A stretch of DNA of 63,740 nucleotides, the filler included. It is 8 parts of 8 records of this genome, joined end to end, with 100 filler letters (N's around TTAATTAATTAA, not from the genome) between each part and the next. Parts side by side here need not be neighbours in the genome. Positions count along the whole stretch, not along the records: positions 5,661 to 15,338 come from SRR31147125_38123; positions 15,439 to 20,790 come from SRR31147125_38159; positions 20,891 to 26,500 come from SRR31147125_38178; 5 more parts are not named here. One strand, 5' to 3'. The notes below the pieces were generated by a model. The model did not search any database. It saw nothing but the letters and a program-made list of their open reading frames with translations, and was not told the origin of the DNA. How positions within the stretch are numbered: the stretch's first letter is position 1; every line of letters starts with the position of its first letter. The position numbers were made by a program, and so were the translations under genes. Shown in pieces: positions 10,038 to 20,911 of this stretch.

Positions 10038-13000
10038 ATGAAGATACTCGGATTAGCTTTCTTTTTATTGGTTGTAATTCAAACCGCCAATGGTCAAACC
10101 TATTTTGGGGATGCCTTAGATTTTGATGGTGTTGATGATTATGTGGAGATAGATTCTAATTTAACATTTGCAGCAATGACTGTTGAAGCCTGGGTATATA
10201 ACGATAACTGGGCTGATGCCACAAACGATGCTGTGATAATTGGGAATTATAACACCGATGGATGGAGAATCTACATGGAAGATTCCATAGAAATAAATAT
10301 TTATGATGGTGACACGCAGGTTGATTTGCAATGGGATGACGATGCATTAACTGGTTGGAACCATATTGCTTTTTCGATAAGCGCAGCTGATGATTTGCGA
10401 TTATATATTAACGGTGAAGAAGTAGCAACCGACTTAACAATAACAACATCACTTGAGAGCGATGTGAGTGTTAATACCATAATTGGGGCGCAAGTAGATG
10501 ATACGGATGGTGCGGGTGCCGACACATTATTCTATGAAGGCAAAATTGATGAGGTTAGAATCTGGAGCACAGTTCGGGATCCTGATTCAATAAATACTTA
10601 TATGTATGTCGAACTGGATGGAACGGAATCGAATTTGGAAGCCTATTATAAAATGTCTGATGGCTCAGGAACCTCGCTAACAGATAATGATAACGAAGCA
10701 CTGAATGGCGGCACCTTAAATAATATGGATGATGCCGATTGGGTTGTTTCAACGGCTTTTTCAGCAAACGATAATGCATTGGATTTTGATGGTTCCAATG
10801 ATTATGTTAAGATAGACAATAATTTTGACGCAACTAATTATACTATTGAGTTTTGGTTTAATCAAACAGGAGGTTCGGTAGTAACACCAATATTTTCCAG
10901 TTATGACGGTACAGGAGGTATTGAGATTGGATTTACTGATATTAACCCTCCTTTGCTTGATGCCAGATTCATAGACCAAGGTGCAAAAGTAGTTGATGCA
11001 TATATGAGTGATGGTTGGAACCATGTTGCCATTACAAAATCAGCAACTGAGGTCTTATTATATCTAAATGGAGTTTTAGAAGATAACCACACGATAGTAT
11101 TGAGTTATACTTCACCAACTGCTGATAGTTCTGTGTTTTGTGCGGGTACTTTCTCAACAAATTATTTTCAAGGCCAGGTAGATGAGTTTAGGGCATGGAA
11201 TGTTGTAAGAACAGCTTCTGAAATTCGTGAATATATGTGCCGCACCATTGATCCAGGCACAACAGGTCTTGTAGCATATTTAAATTTTAATCATAATGGT
11301 ACATCCAGTGTATATGATATTACGGGAAACGGCAATAATGGAACATTAACCGATATGGATGCTGCCAATGATTGGATATCTTCATCAGCCTACAATACGT
11401 GGCTCGGAGAGTCAAGCACAAGCTGGAGCGATGCAGATAACTGGAGCCTTGGCGCAGCCCCTACTTCGGCACATAATATCGGTTTATATAGCTATAATGC
11501 AGGGAATAGCGCAACCATTAATGATAGCAGAACTGTTCGAAACCTGGTTGTTGGCTCATCAGCAACAGTAACTGTAAGTTCTGATTTTTCTACGGATGAA
11601 AATGCAATTTTTGAAAGTGATATTACATTAACAACAAGCTCTACAACATATTCGATTGGTAATAACCTAGCAGTTGGTTCTTCAGCTACTGTAACATTGG
11701 AAGATTCAACATATACAACCGTAACCGGAGATACACATAACGATGGAACAATATTACTTAAATCCCCAGCCAATATGGGAGCAGCAGCATCAATAATTAC
11801 AACAGACAGTATAATCAACAATGGAACCATGCAGGCAGAGAGGTTTGTAACATTTGGAACTGAAGATGCTGATAATTATAATTGGCACATGATGACACCG
11901 GTGATTGGCTCATTTACAGCACAAACTTATTTTAATGGTGATTATGTGTACTCATTTGATGAATCTGCTGATACTGACGGTGGCGCAGTGGCGTGGGTAA
12001 ATATAAATACAGATAGCGTAATGTCTCCGGGAACCGGATATATAGTTAAAACGCTCACATCAGATAAAACATACACATATTCAGGCACTTTTAACGATGG
12101 AGAAATTAGCCTTGATCTAACCCGAACAGATGACACAGACGATCAGGGATTTAATTTAGTTGGTAATCCATATCCATCACCCATAGATTGGAATGCTGCA
12201 TCAGGATGGACAAAAACAAATATTGGCTCTGATATTTGGATTTGGAATCCGGCAGATACATTATATGCAGTTTGGGATGGAACCACATCTACGAATGATG
12301 GTTCGCGGTATATATATCCTGGACAGGCATTTTATGTGCAAGTAAATACTGGACAAACATCCGGCACATTAACAATGGATGATAATGTAAGGGTACATTC
12401 TACAGGAAGTGTTAGTTTTAAATCTGCCGATAATGAACCGCTTAATTTGATTAAACTGGCATTAATTGATGGGCAGAGCCGGGATGAATGGGCTGCATAT
12501 ATATCAGACAAACCAAATACGACTACCAAGTTTTTTAGTTGGAATAGTAACCGTTCCCAGATTTATTCTTATTTATCAGATTCGGAAAAGCCATTGGCAA
12601 TTCAAAAAGTTGATGAATTAGATACCATTCAAATTCCATTGGGAATTAAAGCCATAGATGGCAAGAAATTACGAATCGAAATTCTTGAAAACTCATTTAA
12701 TACCAATAAGTATGAACTTTTCTTGAAAGATGGTGAATCATTTACACCTCTCTCAGATATTGAATCAAGTGGGTATAGTTTTACTCATGATGCCATAAAT
12801 GCTTCAGAAAGGTTAAGTTTATTTTTTAAAAAATATTCTGTTACAGGAATCGAAAATAATTTAACTCACTTACCTAATCACGTTAAACTACTAAATACTC
12901 AAACGGGAATAGAGTTGCAAAGCACTACATTGGGTGATAAATTTGTAAGGATTTTTGATATAAGTGGGCGAGAAATTCGAAATGAGTCTTTTTATGGCCA

Positions 13001-13091
13001 ATCCATACAAATTTCATTACCAAAGAATGGATTATATATTCTTTATGTCAATGAACCCGAAGGTGTATATGTGAAAAAGTTTGTATATTAG
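10038..13091 (+). CDS. Secreted protein with two LamG-like jellyroll repeats and a T9SS C-terminal sorting domain
   Basis: Signal peptide ending TANG|Q; two ALDFDG..DYV...WNH.A...G..DE.R.W repeats; GFNLVGNPYPSPIDW; C-terminus IFDISGR...GLYILYV...KKFVY. Confidence 0.88.
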   Translation: MKILGLAFFLLVVIQTANGQTYFGDALDFDGVDDYVEIDSNLTFAAMTVEAWVYNDNWADATNDAVIIGNYNTDGWRIYMEDSIEINIYDGDTQVDLQWDDDALTGWNHIAFSISAADDLRLYINGEEVATDLTITTSLESDVSVNTIIGAQVDDTDGAGADTLFYEGKIDEVRIWSTVRDPDSINTYMYVELDGTESNLEAYYKMSDGSGTSLTDNDNEALNGGTLNNMDDADWVVSTAFSANDNALDFDGSNDYVKIDNNFDATNYTIEFWFNQTGGSVVTPIFSSYDGTGGIEIGFTDINPPLLDARFIDQGAKVVDAYMSDGWNHVAITKSATEVLLYLNGVLEDNHTIVLSYTSPTADSSVFCAGTFSTNYFQGQVDEFRAWNVVRTASEIREYMCRTIDPGTTGLVAYLNFNHNGTSSVYDITGNGNNGTLTDMDAANDWISSSAYNTWLGESSTSWSDADNWSLGAAPTSAHNIGLYSYNAGNSATINDSRTVRNLVVGSSATVTVSSDFSTDENAIFESDITLTTSSTTYSIGNNLAVGSSATVTLEDSTYTTVTGDTHNDGTILLKSPANMGAAASIITTDSIINNGTMQAERFVTFGTEDADNYNWHMMTPVIGSFTAQTYFNGDYVYSFDESADTDGGAVAWVNINTDSVMSPGTGYIVKTLTSDKTYTYSGTFNDGEISLDLTRTDDTDDQGFNLVGNPYPSPIDWNAASGWTKTNIGSDIWIWNPADTLYAVWDGTTSTNDGSRYIYPGQAFYVQVNTGQTSGTLTMDDNVRVHSTGSVSFKSADNEPLNLIKLALIDGQSRDEWAAYISDKPNTTTKFFSWNSNRSQIYSYLSDSEKPLAIQKVDELDTIQIPLGIKAIDGKKLRIEILENSFNTNKYELFLKDGESFTPLSDIESSGYSFTHDAINASERLSLFFKKYSVTGIENNLTHLPNHVKLLNTQTGIELQSTTLGDKFVRIFDISGREIRNESFYGQSIQISLPKNGLYILYVNEPEGVYVKKFVY

Positions 13092-13117
13092 TTTAGTTTC
13101 AAATTGTGGGATGTTAC

Positions 13118-13348
13118 ATGAAATATAGGTATCTGGTAATATTGTTTTTCAATCTTTTATTTTATTCATCAGTTGTTTTAGGACAACCTGGTGCGCCGCC
13201 ACCACCACCTGGTGGAGGGGGAGATGATCCTGTTGTAGGCGGTTCGGAAGAAGTTCCACTCGATGGAGCTACATTATGGCTGTTGTTAGCTGGTTCTGCA
13301 TTATTCTATAAGAGAATGTTTAAAAAATCGAAAGAAAATCAGTTATAA
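13118..13348 (+). CDS. 76-aa secreted peptide with PID/VPLDG-CTERM-type sorting signal
   Basis: Signal peptide, Pro/Gly-rich segment, VPLDG motif, hydrophobic helix and basic tail KRMFKKSK. Confidence 0.8.
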   Translation: MKYRYLVILFFNLLFYSSVVLGQPGAPPPPPGGGGDDPVVGGSEEVPLDGATLWLLLAGSALFYKRMFKKSKENQL

Positions 13349-13359
13349 ACTAATCGTTA

Positions 13360-14177
13360 ATGATTGATCAAAAGCATCTCAAATTCGGGTTTAAAAATTT
13401 TTATCTGTCTATTTTTTGCAATTCTCTGGGATTTTTGTTCTTAAGCTATTCTTTGGTCAGAGGGACATTGCTGTTATTTAGTTATTTACTTGCAAAAGCT
13501 ATTGGATTAACTTATCAACGAACATTCTTTGATTTAATTTATACAAACTCATCTACATCTGGTATTTGGAATTATTCCAATATCATTACTGTTTATTTGA
13601 GCCCTACCATTATTACCGGTATATTATTCATCCTTATTTATATTCTTTACAGGACAAGATTGAAATATATTAAAGGGATTCATAAAATATTCTGGTTGTG
13701 GTTATTGTTTCAGACGTTAATAATTTGCATGGGAGGGATTATTGCTTCTGTTACATCAGAAAGAGGTTCTTACTATGCCTTGCAATGGATGTATATGCCT
13801 TATGCATCCATGATGATTCTGTCTCTTTTTTGTTTCGTTACACTGATTATTCTTGGCTGGATTATTGGAAAAAATTTTTTGTATATAACCGAATCCCATA
13901 AACTGATTAAGAGTTTATGGTTGCAGAAAAAACATTTATTCTATTCGTTATTATTACCCTATTTAGTTTTTTTCTAACTGTATACATTGTGCAGGGTAAA
14001 TCAATGGATAAATACAATGTTATTTTGCTCGTTTGTGGTTTGCTTGCAATTCTGCCTATTCTTTTTCAAAATACAAAAATTGATTTGATTATTCTGAGGC
14101 GCGATAAGCTTAGCTTTGTGTCTGTATTTGCTGTTGCGGGAGTATTAATAGGTTTGGTACTTTTGTTTTTATTGTAA
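13360..14177 (+). CDS. Multi-pass membrane protein, split by a frameshift at the T7 run 13967-13973
   Basis: ORFs 13360..13977 and 13917..14177 fuse (LPYLVFFLTVYIVQ) if one T is added; both are hydrophobic. Confidence 0.65.
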
Positions 14178-14194
14178 TTAAGAACTCACACCCA

Positions 14195-15196
14195 ATGAAG
14201 TTCATAAATAAAAACCCAATACCTGTGCTAATAGTTGCATTCGTGCTTATTCTAATTTTTATAGACTCTTTTCCCAATTTGCACATCAAAGTCCAGCATA
14301 TTTATTTAACGATTCTAAAAGCAGGCTTAAATTTTATTGGTTCAGATATAGTTTATAAAGTTGGTAATAGCGAACTATCTTTAAAATTATTTGCATTTGT
14401 GATTATTTCTCTGGTTGTACTGCCCTTTAAGCTGAAACAAAAAATACTGCTCGCAATTTTTCTTCCTGTTTTAATTGTTGCGATCAACATATTAAGAATT
14501 GCTGTTTTTTTTAATGATACAAGAGTTAATGGCGTGTTCTTTATGCAAAATAGTTTTATTATTTTCCACCTGTTAATTGCTGCTATTCTCTTTGTAATAT
14601 GGAGTTATGGATTGAAAAATGAAAAGAGACTGGTCATATCTACAATTAAAGAAAATCTTAATGTGTCAACTAAATTTGGATTGGGATACTTGTTTGTTTT
14701 CTCCTTTCTTGTCCTTTATATCTCCCGATTTATCCTGCAATTTGTTCCAACCTTGACTAACACTGTATATACTTTTTTAGTTGATTTAATCCTAAACCTA
14801 AGCAAGTACTTGTTGCATCTATATAATTACCCGGCACAAATTATTGACAACAAAATATTCGACTCTCATACTGAGATTATTATGCGCTTCCCGTGTATAG
14901 GAATAAATCTATTGATGGTATTTATAGTATTCATATTCGTTGGCCAGGGGAACAAAAAGCAAAAACTCTATTATAGTTCTTTTGGTTTTCTTATTCTAAT
15001 TCTTGTAAACGCCATTCGTGTAGCTATTTTATACGCCTTTTTATACGACGGAATCCCTTCTGTAAATAGAATTGATTGGCATGACTTGTTCAATTTAATG
15101 GTTTATTTATCCATTTTTTTACTTTGGATGAAATGGATAACAATACAAAATAAGATAAGGGATCGTTCAATTAAAACGATTAATCACAAAAATTAA
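14195..15196 (+). CDS. Exosortase/archaeosortase-family protein with a degenerate N-terminal repeat
   Basis: Catalytic triad pattern FPCIG (Cys), VNAIRV (Arg) and DWHDLF (His) in a multi-TM protein. Confidence 0.82.
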   Translation: MKFINKNPIPVLIVAFVLILIFIDSFPNLHIKVQHIYLTILKAGLNFIGSDIVYKVGNSELSLKLFAFVIISLVVLPFKLKQKILLAIFLPVLIVAINILRIAVFFNDTRVNGVFFMQNSFIIFHLLIAAILFVIWSYGLKNEKRLVISTIKENLNVSTKFGLGYLFVFSFLVLYISRFILQFVPTLTNTVYTFLVDLILNLSKYLLHLYNYPAQIIDNKIFDSHTEIIMRFPCIGINLLMVFIVFIFVGQGNKKQKLYYSSFGFLILILVNAIRVAILYAFLYDGIPSVNRIDWHDLFNLMVYLSIFLLWMKWITIQNKIRDRSIKTINHKN

Positions 15197-15338
15197 ATGT
15201 GTCATACTGCGGGCAGTCATCCTTACCCGAATCAATAACGATGTGTATTTGCCTGTTATAAGATTTTACAACATCATAAAATACAAAATCTGTAATTTCA
15301 TCGACATTTACGGTTAATGGTTCTCCAGCCCACTCATG
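15180..15338 (-). CDS. C-terminal fragment of an unknown protein
   Basis: Open frame from the contig edge: HEWAGEPLTVNVDEITDFVFYDVVKSYNRQIHIVIDSGKDDCPQYDTFNFCD*. Confidence 0.45.
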   Translation of the reverse strand, partial: HEWAGEPLTVNVDEITDFVFYDVVKSYNRQIHIVIDSGKDDCPQYDTFNFCD

Positions 15339-15438
15339 NNNNNNNNNNNNNNNNNNNNNNNNNNNNNNNNNNNNNNNNNNNNTTAATTAATTAANNNNNN
15401 NNNNNNNNNNNNNNNNNNNNNNNNNNNNNNNNNNNNNN
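15339..15438. other. Artificial contig spacer
   Basis: N run with TTAATTAATTAA. Confidence 0.98.
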
Positions 15439-15473
15439 GGATTTGATCTGATCTCACATTTGGTTGGACCTAG

Positions 15474-16225
15474 CTCTACGGAACTTTGGGACGTACAACA
15501 CCGTCGTGAAGATGTACGACGGAGTCTCCTATGATCTATTCGTTGTAGGAGATGGTTTCAGTCAAACCATTCGGGGAATTCAAACGGATCAACGCGAGTG
15601 TCCGCGTGGCTACTTGGCAGAGTTCCGCCACCGCCTTCCTGATGTGAGTTATGGGAAGGATGTCGTCAAGCACATTTCATTCAGACACATCACAGGCACG
15701 CGACCTGCAGAGTGTGCGGTATGGAGTGGGTGAAGTGAAACACATGGAGTATCCCGACTACGTGGTGAAAACAGTAGAGACTCTGCCGTGTGGACCACAG
15801 GATCAGGAACTTTGGGTGCGTAGAGGATGGACGACAAGACTGGATGGATCGAGCCGATGAACCCTGCCTATAGGTTCATATCATCAATGGGACCCATGGA
15901 TCTCAGCTCCCTCGAACGGTAGACGGGGGTCCAGGTCTTCTCGTTGAAGCTCTTGGCCGAGATCCTGTCACCCTGCCGCTTGATCTTCCCACCCCCTAAG
16001 ACCTTGGGCCGACCCGCATCCGGCATGGTTCGACTGTTTCCTCCCAGTGTTCCCTTTTCTGTATCCGTCAAGGGGAGTCGCTCCCAACACGTGGACGGGC
16101 TCCAATCTCAACAGAGGTTCTGTAATCATGGCTTCTACGTTGTGTTTGAGAAACTGGAGAAGGATGAAGACACACATCGTACGCGTGTGGAGTTCTTACG
16201 AAATCGTGAAGAGGGCCTTGTGTAA
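15474..16225 (+). CDS. 3' part of a spliced eukaryotic gene of unknown function; exon structure partly unresolved
   Basis: Frame-preserving GT..AG introns near 15644-15695 and 15816-15873. The final stop is either TAA 15999 or TAA 16225, depending on further splicing. Confidence 0.4.
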
Positions 16226-16398
16226 TCAATCGATCGATCGATCCGTCGATTGTGTGTGAGGAGGGAGGGTGGTTAGGGTTGGGTTGGATTGGTTGGTTGG
16301 TTGATAAGGGAAAAGGGTAAATGGAATGAATGAACGAACCTTCCTTCCTTCCCTGCGGCGGCGGGTGGCTCAGCGCACACAAGGGAGACGGACGACAG

Positions 16399-17889
16399 AT
16401 GGAGGCGTATCCTCAAAAGGTTCTGGGACCTCCTGTGGTGCAGCTACGCCACGTCACAAGGCGTACGTTCTCTCTCTCGTTGTGTGTTTGTTGTCTCCCT
16501 CACCGTCATCCAACACACACACACACACACACAGGATACGACCTACCAGGCCGTGAGGAGGAGGTGACAGCCATTCAACACATGCACTTGTGTTGTGGGT
16601 CAGAGTTCCATGCGGTTCGGAGGTAGGCTTCGTTGGAAACCCTCACACACGTTCATAGCCCTCACACCCTCCTACGGATAGAGGAGAGTTCGTCATTCTT
16701 CGTGGACCAAGCGGCGGAGGCAAAACAACCCTTCTCAACATCATCGGTTGCATCGATCGTCCTTCGTCCGGAGAACTTGGTGCCTTGGATGGGATGGGAT
16801 GGGATCCAGGAGATGGAGAGCGTGACACTTCGTCACAGAGTTGATGGGTGAGAGGATCAACGAAGGCGCGACCGACGTGCACCTCTCCCACCTTCGTCTG
16901 AAGAAGATCGGTTTGTGAAACGCATAGCGCACACGCCCTGTCGTTTGTGTATTCAAGGGCACCGGCAGGATTCGTCTTCCAGACGTTCAATCTTATCGCC
17001 ACCATGTCGGCGTTTGAGAACGTAGAGTTGCCGATCACCATTCTGGGAGCATTGTCGCGCAAGGATCGTAAGCGTAAAGCAAAGGTGCAAAGAATGCCTG
17101 ACGAAGGGACGGGACTGATAGATGGGAGGGATCCTAGGAGTTGTTGAAGCTTGTAGGACTACAGGATCGTTTGGAACATCTCCCCTCTGAACTCTCAGGT
17201 ACCTGGAGGCTGGGTGTGCAGGGACAATGTTCTCAATACGAACAAGGTGGAGAACAACAGCGAGTGACCATCGCACGAGCCCTGGCGAACGATCCTGAGA
17301 TCTTGTTACTAGACGGTCGGTCGGGGAACTTTGTTTGGGAGTTGCTGATCTCTCGTTCAGAGCCAACGGGGGATTTGGATACGCGAAATACAGTGGCCAT
17401 CATGGATATCGTTCTTCATGTTAACCGTGAACGGGGTACCACGGTCATAATGGTTTGGCGATACGTGGGAGAGGGGAGTGACTGACTGACTCCTGATTCA
17501 ATGTCCTCCCTCATCAACCAAGGTAACGCACAATCCAGATGTGGAGTGTTACGCCGATCGCATTTTGTGCGTTCTCTTCCCGTCCGCAGCACACTCACAC
17601 TTACATACTATACATACTACCTACATACACACCCTCTCTCACTTACCCGTCCGTCCATCCTCCGTCTGTCTATCATCATCACACAGGTACATAGAAGATG
17701 GACGATTTGTCAGGCAAGCGTTGAATGTTGTGCAAACACCGCTCGACTTTGAGGAGTACATGACGGTGTGTGCTGGCTGTTTGTTGTTTGTTCTCTCTTT
17801 TTACCGTTACAACAACAAACAACAAACAGTACTTGCATCGTCATGAAGATGAGGAACATATGAAATCGTGGCAATGGCAAGAGGAATGA
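16399..17889 (+). CDS. Spliced stand-alone ABC ATPase of LolD/MacB/FtsE type (about 280 aa, 11 exons)
   Basis: Exons 16399-16462, 16535-16622, 16682-16779, 16839-16910, 16969-17084, 17138-17198, 17247-17315, 17361-17452, 17523-17566, 17687-17765 and 17830-17889 join in frame. They give [39 protein letters not shown] and VTHN. All introns are GT-AG. The start codon is less certain. Confidence 0.9.
16512..16532 (+). repeat. (CA)n microsatellite in intron 1
   Basis: acacacacacacacacacac directly before the 3' splice site. Confidence 0.85.
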
Positions 17890-17944
17890 ATGGTTGATGA
17901 ATTGTATGATGCAGTAAAGTAGCTAGCTAGCACAACAAGCATTC

Positions 17945-20722
17945 TCACTTTTTCCCCTTCTTGCTTCGTCGTTTCTTCTTCTTGTTGACCCTCCCCTTGC
18001 CGCTATTGCCCCTACCGTTGTTGCCATTGTTACCATTGTTGTTGCTGCTGTTGTTTCCGCCGTTGCTGTTGTTGTCGTTCGTGCTGTCGTTGCTACCGGT
18101 ATCATCGCTGTTGTCCCCTTCGTCATTCTCTTCAACATCAAAGCCCAAACTCTTGGCAACTGTCCTGGGGTCACGCCTACACAACACACAAACAAACAAA
18201 CACGCACATGTAGACCCCAGATCAATCCCCTCATCCACGGGTTCGGGTTCTGGCTCCTCCTCGTCCAAATCATCTAACATAAACAGGGCGAGGGGCCTGT
18301 GTGCTTGTATACGAAACTTCCTCTGCGTCTGGCACATGGTTTCCTCTCTGTTTCACAGGGGAATGCATGTTGAATAGCAGCAAAACGCATTTGATTCCTT
18401 CTCCCACCTCAGCTGTGGTAGGAACTCTCGCCACTTCTTATGAGAGGCAAGATAATTCCTCACATAGTCATCGGGCCCCTGCATGTCCGCGGTAAGGCGT
18501 AACATGTTGCCAAGCAGGAGAATGTGTCCACGTAGCGCTGCACCGAATAAGAGGCGCCTCCATCGCTGGCCATTCTACGCACCAGAACTCCGTTCACAAC
18601 CCTGAAAGTAGTCAATCATCCGCGACAACATCTTGCCTTCACTTATCAGGGCCCGTAGAGCGAACACGTGATTGCTCTGGTGTGTGGGTGTGTGGGGGTG
18701 CACAAACACACGTCGCTTGTATCCCTTCCTTACCTTCAACGTGGCATCAAAAAGCCGACACACGACAGTGTGAAGCATGTTGTTGTGGTTATACTCGAAG
18801 AACAAGCGAACCATATGGATCCAAAATTCACGGGGCATTCGATTCAGAGCCGCAGTGCCTAAGAGGCTGACCACTTCAACGATGACTTCCAAGGTCTTCA
18901 GACGAAAGACAGTCAACGGCTTCACTTGATACGTTGGCAGCACTACCACCTCACTACCAGGCCATTAGTATCAGAACCGAGACAACCCATCAACGCACGC
19001 TTCATGAGGAATGCCAGCCTCCTTTTCTGTCATGTGCAATTCGGCCTCACCGAAATCATTCTCCATATCCTCCCAAGAACGCGGACGGCCACGTCGACGA
19101 CCCCTTCGATGCTTCTTCCGACCCCTTCCCTCGGATCCGGGCTCATCTTCCCCCCAACTCTGGATGGGTTCACTGACAGCAGCCGGGGATGGGGCAGCCG
19201 GGGATGGGGCAGCCAGGGATGGGGACCCTTCCTCGCATTCCACCGAGGGTCCTGCATCGGAGCACTCAACAGGGACACACTCCACCACAGGAGTTGCCGT
19301 TCCTGACTCTGACGATGCGCTCGCGGAACTACGAGTGCTATCGGCTCGTGGCAACGTCGTAGGTGGGACGGGACCCGTGCGAACGATGTAGCGACACAAA
19401 TCTCCCAGGTGTGTGGCCACTTGCTCGTGCATTGCAGGTCGAATACAACGCAACATGTTTGGAAGCACTGAGAGAGCAAACACGGAGTGAGAAGTGTCCC
19501 AGGAGAAAGGGATATCATGTCCATGTACCTTCTACAGGCGGTTCTTGGTCTTCAAGTGGTACAGGAAAGAATTTGCTGATCTCGTTCACAATCGTCTCCT
19601 TACTCTTGAGAAGAAGGGCGTGAAGGGCACAACAACATTCTTGCTGTTGCTGAGGATCACAAGACTCATCACGGTTGATGATCGTGGCGACGACAGCCTC
19701 GACGAAAGTGTTCGTGGACACCAGATGATGAAACAGGATCTCTGCATTATCTTCAATGGCCAGTTGTTCCACCAGTTGTAAGAAGAAATCTGCAGCAGGA
19801 GAGAACACGTCGTGGGGACTGGCCGAGGAACTGAGACGATTCGTCAGGATATCGAGGAAGTTCACATCGACCAGTGATGTAAAAAGACGAATCTTCTGCT
19901 CTTCCCGAGGGGGATGAGACTTAAGAACGGCCAAAATGGACTCAACGACAGGTGGCTCGTGAAGGTAGTTGAGCATCTGACAAAGCCAGCCGTGGGAAAT
20001 GATGTGGGCCAGAGTCTCTTGAGTGTGCCGACGAAGAAAGAAGGCCAAGATACGTTTGAAATGGTGAAAATTGCAGTCGGAGTCGGGAGAGAAGGAGCGG
20101 AAGAGTTCACACACTACCAGTGCCCCACCGTCAACCATCATCATTCCTCCCAGGACTCCCAGGACACCGTCTTCTACGCACACAAGACGTCACACCTGTC
20201 GTTGACGAGTCGAGTCACAGGTTTGGACGGCGTGGTGAGGAGTTCCATGCAACGGAACGATCGCTTCACCGCCTCGAGATCTGTTAGGTCCCGTGCGCGA
20301 AGAAACCTTTGTTCAAGGACAACCGGACACTGTTGGGACACAAACACAAGGGACCGGCTAACAGACTATACCTCGTGGGATCAAGCATTGAGAACGTAAG
20401 AGAAGGGTTGAGACGGACGACAAAGGAGAGAAGTTCCTCACATACACCTGTGTGTCTGTCGGTAAGAACAGGAGGGCTGATTGTCGTGTAGATCGTACCA
20501 TCCTCAAGGAGAAAGTCTACCATGGGGTTGTTAAGCACGGGCTTCTCCAAGTCCAGCACCATCTCAAGCAACAAACGATTCCGTCGATGTCGTGCGGAGG
20601 CCAAGTCTTCTCCCTCTAGGGCCATATCCTCACACGGCGGAATGAGGTCATTGGGGTTCCACATCTCTTCAGGAGAGGAGAAAGGCTCGTCACTTGACGA
20701 GGACGCATCACTGTCGAAGTCC
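17945..20722 (-). CDS. Spliced SAPS-family protein (SIT4/PP6 phosphatase regulatory subunit-like); 5' truncated
   Basis: Exonic motifs KPLTVFRLKTLEVIVEVV, LFFEYNHNNMLHTVV and GHILLLGNMLRL resemble SAPS PLG..RLKIVE / FF.Y.WNNFLH / GHLT.IAN; helical repeats; acidic, Asn-rich and basic tail; multiple GT-AG introns. Confidence 0.65.
19180..19224. repeat. 15-nt tandem repeat x3 encoding PS(P/L)AA
   Basis: cagccggggatgggg twice, then cagccagggatgggg. Confidence 0.8.
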
Positions 20723-20790
20723 TGAAGTCGCGGACACCTCGTCACATCTCCGTCTCCCACACCATGCCACGCCACGCACACCCTCTTCCC

Positions 20791-20890
20791 NNNNNNNNNN
20801 NNNNNNNNNNNNNNNNNNNNNNNNNNNNNNNNNNTTAATTAATTAANNNNNNNNNNNNNNNNNNNNNNNNNNNNNNNNNNNNNNNNNNNN
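20791..20890. other. Artificial contig spacer
   Basis: N run with TTAATTAATTAA. Confidence 0.98.
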
Positions 20891-20911
20891 AAGGAACTCC
20901 CATGGAGTGAT

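Noticed and set aside
15464-20781. Many short overlapping ORFs as prokaryotic or viral genes, or a recoded genome
   Set aside because: Explained by exons separated by GT-AG introns; the ABC gene reconstructs fully with the standard code.
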